Source: Asterias rubens (lineage: Eukaryota). Taken from it: DNA of 64,000 nucleotides. Shown piece after piece: positions 1 through 12,490 of the stretch (its first letter is position 1; every line of letters begins with the position of its first letter). Position numbers and translations under genes: made by a program. The notes beneath the pieces are model-generated. The model ran no database searches. It was not told the origin of the DNA and saw only the letters and a list, made by a program, of their open reading frames with translations. The stretch is from positions 1,488,001-1,552,000 of the forward strand of contig NC_047071.1 in the NCBI RefSeq assembly GCF_902459465.1, in the 5' to 3' direction.

Positions 1-1
1 C

Positions 2-106
2 AGACTAATACATGCAATGCCAGAAGTAATTAGCTACATTGTGACATGTCTATTCGCAGGGGTTTCTCTCATCTCACATTTTTTTTCGTCTTACTTTATA
101 ACTCAG
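2..106 (+). CDS. Possible internal exon of an upstream membrane-protein gene (RLIHAMPEVISYIVTCLFAGVSLISHFFSSYFITQ)
   Basis: Open hydrophobic frame from the window edge ending at CAG|GTTTGT. No family recognised and no partner exon confirmed. Confidence 0.2.
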
Positions 107-229
107 GTTTGTGAGTCATTGAGACTAATTCAGCGTTGATTCAAGACACAAATCTGTCACATACTTTATATTGTCTCTTGATGAACACGTTTTAAAGATA
201 ATAATAAATGTTTGTAGTTAGGAAACTTT

Positions 230-865
230 TTTTAATCAAGTATACTTATACTATTTATTACTCTGTTTGTATTAAGTTATACATCAATGCAAAGCTGAAG
301 TGTTCCTCTTTAAAATGATACCACATTTACAATGATGACATGCTGCTGGTTATGGGCACATGAGTGAAAAAGAAACAAAGTCACAAATCAAATGTGCCAA
401 AATTAGCAATTTTGTGTTACTATATGAACAATGACACTGTAATTCAAGCAAGCAAGGCATCTTACTGATCTTAATCCACTTTATATTGAGACAAGAGGTT
501 CAGCATGTTCAGTAACGAGTCATGCAAATACCCAAACAGTGTGTTTTTCAGGAGATGGGGGGAGGAGGGGGGTTAATTAATGTGTGTTTTGTTCTCACCG
601 GTGCAAATCTTTGTGTTAACCATTCATGGTTCTGAAACTTGACCGATTTGATTATTGATCAATACCTATTGACTGTTTAGTACAGATAAGGGTAATTTTG
701 GCGCGTTTGATTTGTGACTTTGTCATTCATGTAGCCAATTTCACCCAGCAACATGTCATAATTGCAAATGTGGTATCATTTTAATAAGGAACACCTCAGC
801 TTTGCATTGTTATATAACTTAATACAAACAAAGTAATAAATGATAAAAACATACTTGATTTAAAT
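230..865. mobile_element. Foldback/MITE-like element with long inverted arms
   Basis: ~254-410 (tttattactctgtttgtattaagttatacatcaatgcaaagctgaagtgttcc...) is the reverse complement of ~690-840, with similarity extending to ~230 and ~865. Confidence 0.7.
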
Positions 866-3427
866 GGGTTTCCCAAGCATGCCTGTTTCCATCGGGGATA
901 ATGAATATTAATTTTGTTTTTACCCTTACAGCTGTGTTTTTTGTTCTTCACCCAACCTCGAGAAGGTATCGAGTAAACGGAGCTAACACTCAACGGTGTA
1001 AGGGTACTATCAAAATTAGTAAGCCTGTAAAACGTTGGTGACCGTGCACATTGAAAGGTTTTAAGACCACTTTGCGAACACTTTTATATTTATATGATAA
1101 CCTGTAAACTATCGAATACCAGGGAACTAGTCGTGGATAAATGGAAGCATTCCAAGTAATCCAACTTTTCTCCTCATGAAAACTTGCCACAAATCCAAGG
1201 TTTAACAAGACAGACAAGTTACTCATTTCCAATTTCCACCTCTCCACCCCCCCTTCCCACTCCTCACTCTAGAGCAGGCCCCTCTTGCCTCAGCCTTGAC
1301 AAAATATGCAATGGGAGGTGGGGGAAATTGCAGTTGATTTCAGTAGCAGCAACGCACACTGACTGAGTGAAATCACCGGGGCGGGTCCGGTTGGGTGTTA
1401 ACCGTCAGGAAGCTGGCTTCATAACCCTTTTCTCTTTGGGGGGTTCTGATCACTCCGAACATACTACGGTGCGTACCTTGATGGTGAATGATGGAACCCT
1501 ATGAGAGGTAATAAAAGGGCTCCAACCTTGCAGGCTTTCAAAAAGGTTTGGGTACTTTTTGTACAACACAACATGAAAACGTCCACAAATATACATTAAA
1601 CTTACACGGTTGAATGATAATGATGGTAGAAAGGCCACCTTAAAATTTTATTTGTTGAGGTGCTGTAGTTTTTTGAGGAAATGAGTTCATCATTTTCATG
1701 AAAATAATATTTGTCTCAGTAAGACAACAATTATTTTAGCATGTGATTTTTTTTTCTTTTCAAAAACGTGTCGGCTAATGAAGCTAAAACTTTCACAGGT
1801 AAATTATATTACGTTCATCTTCATTCACAGTGATGTCATGGCAAAAAAACTTAGTTTGCATCGTTCTTGAGTTTGATTGTACAATGTTGAACAATCCTGA
1901 CAAGTTACTATTGGGTTTAGAAGCCTGGATATGTTTCGGATATCGCTGGCTAGCTTGTTCCATAAGACCGAAGAGACCATAGTTAAAGGACCACATCATA
2001 AGACTGAGGTGTGAAAATAAATTATGGTTGCCGTTATGGGTATGAGAGAATCTGTTTTATATACCTAATTGAACCCTCGTCCATATTAGAATTTTATGTG
2101 CAAATTACAATAATTATATGCAAATGATTAGAGTCCAGTTCAGATGACATCCTGGAGGAAATTTTCTCTTTTCATAGAAAAAAAAAGGGACGGAATTCCA
2201 GTCTAGACACCTCGATTACCTGCTTAGCCTGTCCAATGTTCCAAGCTTAAACTTTGCAAACCTGCTGGCAGTCTCCCAAAATGTCTATATCATTCTCTTC
2301 TGCAGGCGCTTTAAAACATTGACAAACGTCTAGTTCCTCATCTCTAGAAATAGCACACACAATGCTCGAGGCCGAAGTGTGTCTGGCATCCATGTTATAA
2401 GAATAACTGGAGCATGACTTAGCTGAAGGATTTCATCTGAAAGGGTCTCGTGCTATGAATATTTGGTGGGAAAATATTCTTGCATCAATAATTCCAACAG
2501 AATGATGGATTTACCTTTAAAGGTGCCAGACTCTAAAGTTGAGAGTGGGCGCAATTGGAAAGAAAAAACAATGTTTGGGGGAGGGGATTAGAATATCTGA
2601 GCAAGTCTAAACAATGTCAGAATAAAGAAAAGTCCTTAAATTAACATTCAAAAATCGCCTGCGTAGCCCCCCTCTGAGTAGCCCCCCCATGGTTTGCCCT
2701 TCCTCGATCTCGAGGGGGAATTTCAGGCTTCCTGCATGGGGGTCCCGTAGGGGGGCTCCTGTCGCTCATTTCCCCCTCCCCAATAAAGCTGATCCCCCCT
2801 TCCCCCATGAGTAGAAACCACTACTTTATCACTGTGCTAATTTCCTGGGCATACTGCTGGGTCGATACGAGATAGCTGGGGCACCTTGCAGACTTGGAAC
2901 CCCATGGGCCAGCAGACTCATTTTTTTTCCTTTCATTTCTCAAGAGATGGCATTTGAGCCTGCGGGTGACGTTCAACTTCCCTGTACCCCCCCTCCCTTA
3001 CTGCTATCCTCCCCACCATGGGGGCTTTGACTTGAATCTACATCCTCAATACTGATGAGTTATTGCCCACCATCAGTAAAGGAGGGGGGGTAGACTTACC
3101 TTAAACTCAAAAGGTGTACAATCTCTTTGATCTGGTTATTTTTCCTTCTCTCCATTGAATGATTGATTACATTGTACTTTAATACTTCAAGAGGGATAGA
3201 TCGTTATTATTCAAGTTGCACTTCATTGACTGGTGAAGAACGGCAACTGCAAAGAGGCTGATTATGATGTTATTGATCATACAGACTTTACACATTGAAA
3301 TGCGATAGGGTTGAAGTTGACAAAATAACTTTATCTTTGTGTGCGTGCGGGGTGGGGGGCGGGGGCTGCCACAGGAATGGGCATCGAGCCATGAGCTGCG
3401 TCATGGGGAACCTGTGTGGGGTTACAT

Positions 3428-3620
3428 CAGGCCTGATCCTTCACTGAGGCAACAAAGGCGATTGCCTCCATGCCCCCTGGTCATTGCCTCGGTGCCATTT
3501 CAATGCTCATGTAGAAATTTACAACTTCCTCGTAGGGTGCCCTTGAGCAAGGAGAAAATGCCTTGGTGCCCTTGCCTTTTTTACAATTTCCCTGTACAAT
3601 CGATTCATGCTGTAGGCCTA
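3428..3620. mobile_element. CAGGCCTG-ended non-autonomous element (hAT-like MITE family)
   Basis: Shared core gccccctggtcattgccttggtgcccttgaaatgct...gtagaaattt...ggtgccctttacc recurs at ~3815-3990, 9349-9523, 11564-11715, 27850-28010, 29070-29215, 32630-32770, 34046-34215 and 34307-34476. Superfamily inferred from the CAG ends only. Confidence 0.65.
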
Positions 3621-4592
3621 TTACATTATAATTATGATTGCTGTTGCACTGTGGTAACAGTTCCGTGCGGTTTCTGAGAGCTGAAGACACCACTATTATG
3701 AGGTTTCAGATTTTCTCAACCACAGAGAGGAAAAAAAGTGGCAACATACTCACTGTGAGAGTACTAAGACAACTGTAGTCTTGGCCAAAGACGTCAGTGA
3801 TCCATAGCTGATAGTCAGGCCCGATACTTCAAGGACGCAATGAAGGTGATTACCTTCATGCCCCCCTGGTCATTTTCTTGGTGCCCTTGAAATGCTATAC
3901 AGTAGAAATTTCAAACATTTTCATAGGGTGCCCTTTACCAAGGGTTTTGTGCCCTTGCCGTTTCAAAAAAACGAAGCATACATGCCTCGATAGTGTGCTG
4001 TGCTCGATTGTAAATCGTTATAGCACGCCCTCTAACTGCAAGATTTAACCAACTTGACTGATTAAAGATAGCCTGCAACAATTACCAAAAGTACACCCTG
4101 CCTTTAATTCCAAGGAAATGAATTGTCATAATACTGAACCATTTTCTAAAAATGGTCAACAAACTAATTTCTTACAAACACTTCAAAAAGTACGAGGTTT
4201 AATCTGTTTTTTCCCATCTAGCCCCATTCCACTAATGGCTGAAGTTTTGAGAGCTTCATTGGTGAACAGGTTGTAAATATTGCTGTATAATTAACGGATA
4301 CTTTGACCTCACGGTGGGGCACTCCCATTTCCTTCTCAAATCCGCACAATTCAACAGCGCAAATGACTAATTGAGCTGTCATCATTACTTTTCTGAAACG
4401 TCATTCAACTATTTATTTTTTTTTCAACTGCCTGCCCTAAAACTTGATATCTTAGCCTATATCTACAGCTGTATACTGTGTTTCCTCTTTGGATTTTAAA
4501 AAGATGGGGATCAAATGGGGCAGAATGTCATATCAACCCATGGAAAAGGAGGACTAGGGGGCTAAAAAATCGATTCATAAAGGATGAATTTT

Positions 4593-5044
4593 GTGGCGTG
4601 TCAAGGCCGAGCGGTCTAGTTCACCAAGCTGAAGCTTTGGTAATGCCAGCAGCAGAGTGTGGGTTCAAATCCCGGTCATGACACTTGTGCCCTTGAGCAA
4701 GGCACATATAACCGTAATTGCTTGTAAACAGTTGCTCTACCGGCCAGGCTCCCAGTGGATGATACCCATGCCCACATCCTTACAGACTGTGAAGGGGGTA
4801 ACTCTGTTTCAGCCACAGGAGTAGGTTTCAACGTGCATGCGGTGGCAGTTGATTTGGGTTGAAAGCCCAAAATAGTGAAATGTAGCCTCACCTTAAAGTG
4901 GCAATCCGGCCTTGTGATGTTTGGCAATCTCATTCAATTTTAAAGAACAATTGACTCGCAAAAAGACACCGCCAAAAAAGCGGCAGAGATGTAAAGGAGG
5001 TTTGCAAAACAGACCACATGGCCCCTGCCTCTGAACAAAGGAAA
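4593..5044 (+). mobile_element. tRNA-derived SINE, long copy
   Basis: tRNA-like head with A-box (ggccgagcggtctag) and B-box (ggttcaaatcc), then gacacttgtgcccttgagcaagg. The same family occurs many times in the window. Confidence 0.8.
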
Positions 5045-5430
5045 AGGGTACATGGACACTATTGGTAAATGTCAAAGACCAGTCTTCTCACTTGGTGTAT
5101 CTCAACATATGTATGCATCAACTAACAAACCTGTGGAAATTTGAGCTCGATTGGTCGTCAGAGTTGCGAGATAACTATGAAAGAAAAAAACACCCTTGTC
5201 ACACAAAGTTGTGTGCTTTCAGATGCTTGATTTCGAGACCTCAAATTCTAAACTTGAGGTGTCGAAATCAAATTTGTGGAAAATTACTTCTTTCTCGAAA
5301 ACTACATCACTTCAGAGAGAGCCGTTTCTCACAATGTTTGATACTATCAACCTCTCCCCATTACTCATTACCATGCGAGTTTTTTTTGCTGATAATTATT
5401 TTGAGTAATAACCAATAGTGTCCACTGCCT
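5045..5430. mobile_element. Kolobok-like MITE (tggacactattggtaa ... taccaatagtgtccactgcct|TTAA)
   Basis: Terminal inverted repeats; TTAA on the right at 5431-5434; left end degenerate. Homologous to 22661-22986 and 46272-46663. Confidence 0.75.
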
Positions 5431-5820
5431 TTAACAATGGATAGAGAGACAAAGCCTGTGTAATATCTCCAAAAAAGGAGGACGCAAGGTGACAGCCTAC
5501 ATCCTGTGACCTACATGGAGCACCTCCAGGGGAGGAGACATGCTTTGTGTCAGGCACAGAAACATACAAAACACATTATCAAGAAACTATAAGTGTTTGA
5601 TGGCATCAATTGAATTATACTTAATCCAGAGGTATATACTGAAAGTCATGTTTTTTAAAACAACCTTCCAGAACGGCCACAGCCCATACTAGAGACTGTT
5701 TATTGTAGTGTTACCCACAAACTTTACCAGCCGTTAAAATTTAAATTAATCTTAAATTGATTTTGACTTCAAGTACTGTACACTAAATGAAAATTCCTAT
5801 TTTTAATTTTACTAACGTCA

Positions 5821-6240
5821 CCTGAACACAAACACTGAATGAATAACCACAGAGAATGAACACACTGCCTACTGATTGGGCAAAAAAAGGAAGTATTCCT
5901 GAACACAAACACATGAATGAAAAACCACAGCTTCATAGGAATCAAAAAAGGAATCAGTTACTGATTGGGCAAGGTAATGAACCATTCCTAAACACAAATA
6001 TACAACTGAATAAACCACAGCTTTACTCCAAAACGAATAGGCCCACAGTTACTTATTGGGCAAGAAAATAAACCGTTCCTGAACATGAGTTTACACATGA
6101 CTGAATAAACCACAGCTTTATACTCCAAAAACGAACTCAGTTACTGATTGGGCAAGATAATAAACCATTCCCGAACGCAAAAACACGACTGAACAAACCA
6201 CATCTTTATACTCAGTTACTGATTGGGCAAGATAGCGAGT
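5821..6240. repeat. Degenerate minisatellite, 5 units of ~75-90 bp
   Basis: Units start cctgaacac/cctaaacac/cccgaacgc and each contains aaaccacag and ttact(g/t)attgggcaa. Confidence 0.85.
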
Positions 6241-7261
6241 TGTTTTTGGCAAACAATCAAGCTCTTTTACTACTCTTCCCAGTGATATATCTCAATCATG
6301 ACTGACAGTGACAGCCCATTGTGCTGCTCTATTACAGGTCCCTGTAGTATTGAAGGGAAAAGTGAGAGAGAGAGGGGGGGGGGGGTCGCGTTAAGCTCGG
6401 CAGGAAGCGTATCCCCCTGACGCACCGCATCACTCAGATTTTGGGGGTGGCCAAACACAGCTGTTTCGGTTTTGCCGTTAATTTGTGATTCACCCCATGT
6501 TGGCAGATAAGGTTTGGAGTGGAAATGAAAACATGTGAATACCGGAAAGGATTCGGGAATTTGCGCTGACAGACGCTTCAGGGGGAAGACCTTTCGAGTC
6601 CTGATGTCATGCATCGTCGAGAACAACCCCCTCCCCGTCTACTTTTTATTTTATTTTTCCGTGGCTGCTACACGCTCTCTACAACATGTACAAGCAGGAG
6701 AAGCCCTTTGCAGGTCGTTAACATAATTACTACATTTGGTCGTAAATCTCACTGTTTCTGAGCAAGCAATGGTCATACAAGGCAGTGTTTACGATTCTAC
6801 CCCAACACCCATCAATATCCTGAAAAAGTCAGGCCATATCCAAATTGCCGACTACGGCTTTGACTGTTGCAATGGTGTTGCACGCGATCCAGTCGTGGCC
6901 GTAGCTGTAGACACCAATTCTGACTCAACCCAAGATAAAGACAGGGTACCAATGAGGCCTTGGAATGAGAATTGATGACCAGCCCCTCCAGTTAATGAAG
7001 AAAATAAGCAGAAATGCACAACAAATTTCTTTGCTAAGCTTAATTAAAGAGTGGGGTACATTGTGTATTAACCAAAAGTTGTTATAATTTGGCCGATAAC
7101 GTATTTCTGCTAAGCAAGTTTTTATAAATGCCTAACAATTTTTGCTGATCAAGTCTTTAAGAAATTGGAACAAGGAGTTGTTCAATCGTGACGTACACGT
7201 ATTGCCCTGAATCCTTACTCAGACTAAAAAATTTAGGTGAAATCTACCTCTCTCTCTAAAA

Positions 7262-7500
7262 CTCATCATCATCATCATTTTCTGAATCCATCATGGGGGA
7301 TGTAGAGCTGCCCAACCAATGCGATCTGATGCAGAAATTGCCACAGCTGCCGTGCCTGAGACTCAAAGTCTACTTCCAGCTGACACACCCAGGTGTTATG
7401 AGGTCGGCCTCTTGGTCTCTTCCAGGCTGGGCTGGGCGGAATCCTCCCCAGGCGTGGACGCTCAGCTTGAGGGCCACATCACTTCAAATGGGGTTCTTTC
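7262..7500 (-). mobile_element. RTE-clade LINE 3' fragment
   Basis: Minus-strand translation WKRPRGRPHNTWVCQLEVDF matches the typical RTE ORF C-terminus, followed by a (TGA)n/(GAT)n tail at ~7262-7278. Confidence 0.7.
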
Positions 7501-7551
7501 TAACAATGTTTTAAAAAACCAGCAACAACGTTTTGTTTTCACAACCCTTTC

Positions 7552-7882
7552 TGTCCCCTGCTCAAACCCTCCCAGTCATCTAACACACATTACTACGACC
7601 CCGAATCAAAACTCCATAGATTATTAAAGACAACAGTTCGTTAGCCTTTTTGCTTGGCTATGATGCACGACCGTGACTTGTACCGCGTTTAATTGAAGAC
7701 GTGTGTCTCTGGTTTAGGAAGATGCTCGTCCCTTGGATACGATCGCTACAAGACTTCTGAGATCGTTTGTCATCACTCAGCTTATCTTTGCGGCAGAGGC
7801 TCCCCCTAATCCTTAAGTATAAAGTCTCAAGTAATAAAATTAACTTGTTTCTTGCTATCTATGCTCACTGTGTGTCAAGACA
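7552..7882 (+). mobile_element. Solo LTR (Gypsy-like)
   Basis: Starts TGTC and ends GACA (TG...CA, 4-bp inverted ends); flanked by 4-bp TSD TTTC (7548-7551 and 7883-7886); internal TATAAA then AATAAA near the 3' end. Confidence 0.7.
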
Positions 7883-8323
7883 TTTCAGTTGACTGACCTC
7901 AAAATTAAGTAGGAGTATACATTTTAAAGGCATGATAACCCCAAAGGAACCTTCATAGGATTGTGGTTTATATTAAAAACAATCTGTCCAAATTTTCTTT
8001 CTATGGAGGATTGTGACCCAGGGGTTTCTCAAGGGTCATCTAAAGTTTTCAACATTTTCAGGGTAGTAAAACGACTATGGTGGGGAGGGGTGGGGTGGGT
8101 GTGGAGACCATGTATGAATTTAAAGGTTGTGTCAAATGTTGGTATTTCAATAATGTGCATACATTTTGAAAGATCTTTTTGAAAAGTACTACTCTGGGAG
8201 GCAGGATTCTCAAAAGTAGTGCTCTCCAGTATGCCCTGAAAAATTATTAAAACTTTGTAGGGTCCCTTAGTCCACAAGTTAATGACCATACAAACTTAAA
8301 AGGTAAAGAGCACTGGAGACCTG

Positions 8324-8567
8324 GGCCCAATTTCATAGAGCTGCTAAGCACAAAAATTTGCTTAGCATGAAATTTCATCATTGATAAAAACAGGATTACC
8401 AACCAAATTTTCACGTGATTTTAAGGATATCTTTAAGCAAGCAACAGCTGGATACCAGTAACAAGCAATATGCAACAAATGGAAATTTGGTTGGTAATCC
8501 TGTTTTTATCAAGGAGGAAATTTCATGCTAAGCAAATTTGTGTGCAGCAGCTCTATGATATTGGGCC
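8324..8567. mobile_element. Palindromic PIF/Harbinger-like MITE (ggcccaatttcat ... atgaaattgggcc)
   Basis: Long TIRs with CTG TSD on both sides here. Other full or partial copies at ~17418-17657, 18074-18269, 19727-19920, 25740-25825, 26124-26305, 42482-42540, 47540-47600, 59908-60100, 61500-61570 and 63294-63490, mostly flanked by CWG. Confidence 0.8.
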
Positions 8568-9736
8568 CTGTAGATATGTTGAATACCATACATTTACCAT
8601 TTGACGCAAATGGTACCCCCACTCAATTCTTGCTTAGCAAAGAAATTTGCTCATCAGAATTTTCTGCTTGGCAACTTTATGAAATCAGGCCCAGGTGCTA
8701 GGCACTTCGTATAAGCACCTAATTTTTTTAAGCATGATTGAAAAATGTATACGGGTACCTCCTTACTACAGATTGAGGTTGTGAGTACCACTGCACATTT
8801 GACAACCAAAGTACATGTACATGTTTGAAAGGTGCTTTACATGTACATGTACATGTACCCTGACTTTAAGGCAATCCTCCTTGCAATGAACTGTCTCCCC
8901 TGTCAAAGACTCAAGACTACAAGCTTCTCTATTAGCCTCATCATGTTTGATAAATGCCTCCCCTCTGGGAATTTTGAGTTTGCGGCGGCAGCATGTGACT
9001 CAGGTCATGTTCGCGGTCGATAAGGCAATCGCATAACTGAATTAAACATACGAATGTCTGTGGTAATTTGACAGTACAATTCCTCTTGATCAAGTGGTGG
9101 GGGGGACTCTGAAGCAGACGATGGGCTGTCACGGAGAGTAAAACTGTGGATTAATGCTTAATTTCATGAGGAAGTTGTGGTGAAATGTATTACTTAATAA
9201 AATCATTTTCTAAAGAAAATAAAATTATGTGTAGGGCACCAGTTGCAGCGGTGTCGACTGTGTGGCCTTTTGGCTGGTAAACCTGAGCGAGGTGTTGTGC
9301 AAGATCCTGGGCTCGGAAATACATGTAGGGCGTTGTGGATTCTACAGCAAGCCTGGATTTTAATTTTTGAACATGTTGAAAAGGGCAAGGCCATTTTCAT
9401 TTTGCAAAGGGCACCTCCATTGGAAAATCTTTAAGTCAATGGGAATCCTTCGAAGGGCACCAAGGCCAAGACCAGGGACAATGCAGGCCCCACCTGCTTG
9501 CCACACCTGTAATTCCAGCCCTGCCACAGTCAACCCACAGCTCAAGAGATAAAAATACGTATTAAAATTAGCATTATCAAAATCTTTCTGGCAATGAAAC
9601 TAACTAAGGTGCTCTCATATTCGGTACCTTCAGGAGTCATAGGACAAAACAAAAAAGGGAAAACAAGAGAATTCCATAGGGAAATTCCACAAGCAATTTT
9701 GTGTACAAAGTCTATGGGAAGATCTACAGAACAGGC

Positions 9737-9798
9737 ACAATGGAAAGAACAATGGAAAGAACAATGGAAAGAACAATGGAAAGAACAATGGAAAGAAC
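9737..9798. repeat. 12-bp tandem repeat (acaatggaaaga) x5
   Basis: Five perfect copies; they generate the low-complexity ORFs at 9542-9927. Confidence 0.95.
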
Positions 9799-10559
9799 TG
9801 TCTCCACAGGGATGCATATTTGAGAATGGGTATTTGGAAAGTGACTCGCCAATATGACCCCCTTGCTGTGAAGAACAAAGTCGCACAAGAAATGATCACC
9901 TTCTTTTAAAATAGCACACAATTCCACAGACTAAGCCATACTCTTCGGCAAACACCTTTTGCATCTGACTCCAAGATCAGTAAACCGAGGTCTGTGACCT
10001 TTCAAATGTATTTATTTTCCTGTCTCTGCCGAGATCACAGCGTTTCAATAATCAAGTCAAATTTAACAAATCCCCATCGGCATTAACACCTGTGGAACTG
10101 TCGCGCTGGGCTAATTACGCTCAGGATTTGTTTATCACCGCACATGTTTGAAAATGATGAGACCGTCTTTTCACGAGCAGCTGATCACTCCTTTATGAAA
10201 AGAACGTCTGCGGAATTTTTTTTTATTTTTTTGCACCAACTTTCACACTCTTTCACTCCTCTATAAAAGAACTGTCTGCAAATCTTCTTTTTTTTTTACA
10301 CCTACTTTCACTCTCTCACACTCTCCCTCTCCCGCAATCGGTAAACCTTGCCGGGGTAAAGCGACCGATCACTCATCACCAACGGTAATCTCTGGTGAAA
10401 AACTTCACACGACCTTAAGCCCTTCTTCAATAAGAGACCGAAGTGTTCCCCCTTCCCCCCGGGGGGCGAATAAGGGGGGGAGGTGAGATTATGATCTAAC
10501 CAATTACAACCAATTCCATTCCTTCTGTTCACACTTCGGCGTAACCTTCTCTCGTTAGA

Positions 10560-10740
10560 CCATGGTAAGGTGACCTATTTTGCATCACCACATGCCGTCC
10601 GGCCCCCCCTTTTGAAATTTACTCAGACTTGTATTATTTTGGTTGGGGTGACTCCTAAATCCTGAAGGTGTCAGTTATTATTTTCCTGATCAATTTTCGA
10701 AAGCAGGAAGAGCCCGATTTGGTTACAGTTTACACTCCCC
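10560..10740 (-). mobile_element. Orphan end of a TTAA-flanked DNA transposon
   Basis: Reverse complement reads TTAA|ggggagtgtaaactgtaacc... with transposon-like subterminal sequence. No partner end found in the window. Confidence 0.35.
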
Positions 10741-11989
10741 TTAATCTAATTTACACCCAAAATCCTACAGGGTCTGCTCTCATTACGCCATCGATGACTG
10801 CCGTCAGACTCTGTGATCCGTGATTCAGATTCGTGTTGATTAGGTCGCCGTGCTGATTTAGAACGCTTCTGACATTTCAAATATATGTTTTTCAGACGCA
10901 TTCTGAGCTGTATAAAATCAGTTATTAATGAGGAGTTAGCCACCTGACATGCCACCCTCTAAGGAAAAGACGAAAAAACTTCTTCCTCAGCGCCAAAGTT
11001 GACTAAGAGACCCGAGGAAATCGTTTCACTCGTCAAACGCCGATAAATACTCCCTCAAAGGAGCCATTAACAAAGCTGACAATTTTGTTTCAGCAACCGT
11101 GGCAAAACAGCTCGCCGCAGAACGTCAAAGAGGCACACGCCTGAGTGCGCCGACTGCAGGCGCCATTAACAATGACGGTAACCCTTGAAAGGCGTAATTT
11201 CCTGGGGCCTGGGCTCCCTTCCTTTTGTTCGCTGACACACACAGGACAAAGGGGATATTAGGCTCTTAGTTTGAAACTTCCTAATAGGTTTACACGGCTA
11301 AATCCATTACAAAAACAACAGCGCGCCCAAAATCTGGATGCTGTAATTCCTCAAGAGTTGAAAAGCGGAGATGACAGAATGAGACCGAGGTAATTGAAAC
11401 AACTTTTTCTTTAGTTTGGTATTGACAGCTGAAAGATACGACTCAGATGGAAAATATTGTTTTTGTTTAAGACCTTACAAGACGCCTTCAAGGGGCACTT
11501 TCTAAAACAACCATCCAAGCTTATTTGCTATAGCTGAATCTGTTAATCCGGCCTTAAGCAGGCCTGGAATTACATGCCGGCCATGGCCCTCCTTGCTCCT
11601 AGTCTTGGCCTTGGTGCCCCATCGAACGTTTCCCATAGACTTTAAGATTTTCCAATGGAAGTGTCCTTTGCAAAAATGAAAATGGCCCCTTTCAAAGATG
11701 AAATTTCATGCCTACTTATGCATTCTTGAAACGGTATAAACTCCTTTGAAGTATGCAGCATTGGAAACCAAATGTGCGCAAAGGATTTAAATCCTTCAGA
11801 TCACCAATGACTATCCCTGAAGTACATTAGAAATCTACTCCTTGGGTAATTAGAAGCAAATAGTTATTAGTGTCTTGCCAAAAGGTCACAAGTGTCATGA
11901 CCTGGCCTCCCAACCCCATACTCTGATTACTCAGAGCTTTTCAGTCCGACGCGGCGAATCCTAAAAAGCCAACGTGGACACCTTTAATT

Positions 11990-12198
11990 CAGTCGTCTAA
12001 TTGGGAAACCTGTCCAAGGTCGCTCGTAAACTGAACAAGAACAAACAGGCTATGAATGCGGCCAGGAACAGACAATGGAACACCTGTTAGTCTGCCTGCT
12101 CCATGCACCCAAGATGACCTGGAACCAATGAACTGCCCTGTCAGAGCCTGTGTGGAGCACTGGACGGTACTTGTGAAGTGACCCGATAATAATAATAA
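11990..12198 (+). mobile_element. Non-LTR retrotransposon 3' end (C-terminal CCHC-like knuckle)
   Basis: Translation ECGQEQTMEHLLVC, then after a frameshift PCTQDDL...VRACVEHW, stop, and an (AAT)n tail. Confidence 0.7.
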
Positions 12199-12244
12199 CC
12201 AGTTATTAGGGCGTCTCAAAGAGCTTCCAACATTGTTACCCCTG

Positions 12245-12490
12245 GTCACTGGGCCATTTAATTCATTCCTTAAACCATCTCAGCTCCCTTGGGAGTAAAC
12301 AGCCAATGCAAAAAATATGCGCCACTAAGCTAAATCAATCACAAGAACCGTCTCTCTGCCCTCACAAGTACCCATTTACCCCTGGGTGGAGAGAAGCAAT
12401 TATAGTTAAGTGTCTTGCTGAGGGAGACACAAGTGTCACAACCGGGAGTCGCACCCACACTCTGCTGAACAGAAACATCTGAGCTTGAGG
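12245..12490 (-). mobile_element. tRNA-derived SINE copy
   Basis: aagtgtcttgct...gacacaagtgtcac...cccacactctgctg is the reverse complement of the SINE head. Similar minus-strand copies at ~11860-11950, 17310-17410, 18275-18360, 39470-39560, 41445-41600, 41820-41910, 45000-45300 and 46010-46720. Confidence 0.75.

Noticed and set aside
1450-3815. Short exon-like segments on the minus strand (e.g. 3752-3805, 3100-3175, 1607-1637)
   Set aside because: Plausible splice signals, but they could not be chained into a recognisable protein and do not match the SMG5 C-terminus.
4593-4680. tRNA-like sequences with A and B boxes (also ~28515, 40195, 53945)
   Set aside because: They continue into a shared SINE body, lack a clean cloverleaf and occur as many diverged copies. 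They are SINE heads, not tRNA genes.
5062-5418. 118-aa and 70-aa ORFs (and the 113-aa ORF at 59344-59685)
   Set aside because: Lie inside copies of a non-autonomous Kolobok-like MITE; no transposase motifs.
6736-6990. FGYGLTF on the minus strand (recalls TMEM79, the human neighbour of SMG5) and NILKKSGHIQIADYG on the plus strand (recalls a kinase DFG region)
   Set aside because: Isolated short matches; flanking residues do not fit, stops intervene and there are no supporting splice sites. Probably chance. A tBLASTn with TMEM79 would settle it.
9203-9345. TPYMYFRAQDLAQHLAQV, weakly resembling the first strand of the SMG5 PIN domain (SPYLVPDTQALCHHL)
   Set aside because: Lacks the conserved Asp, has no valid upstream frame or donor, and none of the other missing exons are nearby.
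9542-9927. Overlapping ORFs of 67-114 aa
   Set aside because: Produced by the stop-free 12-bp tandem repeat; no protein similarity.
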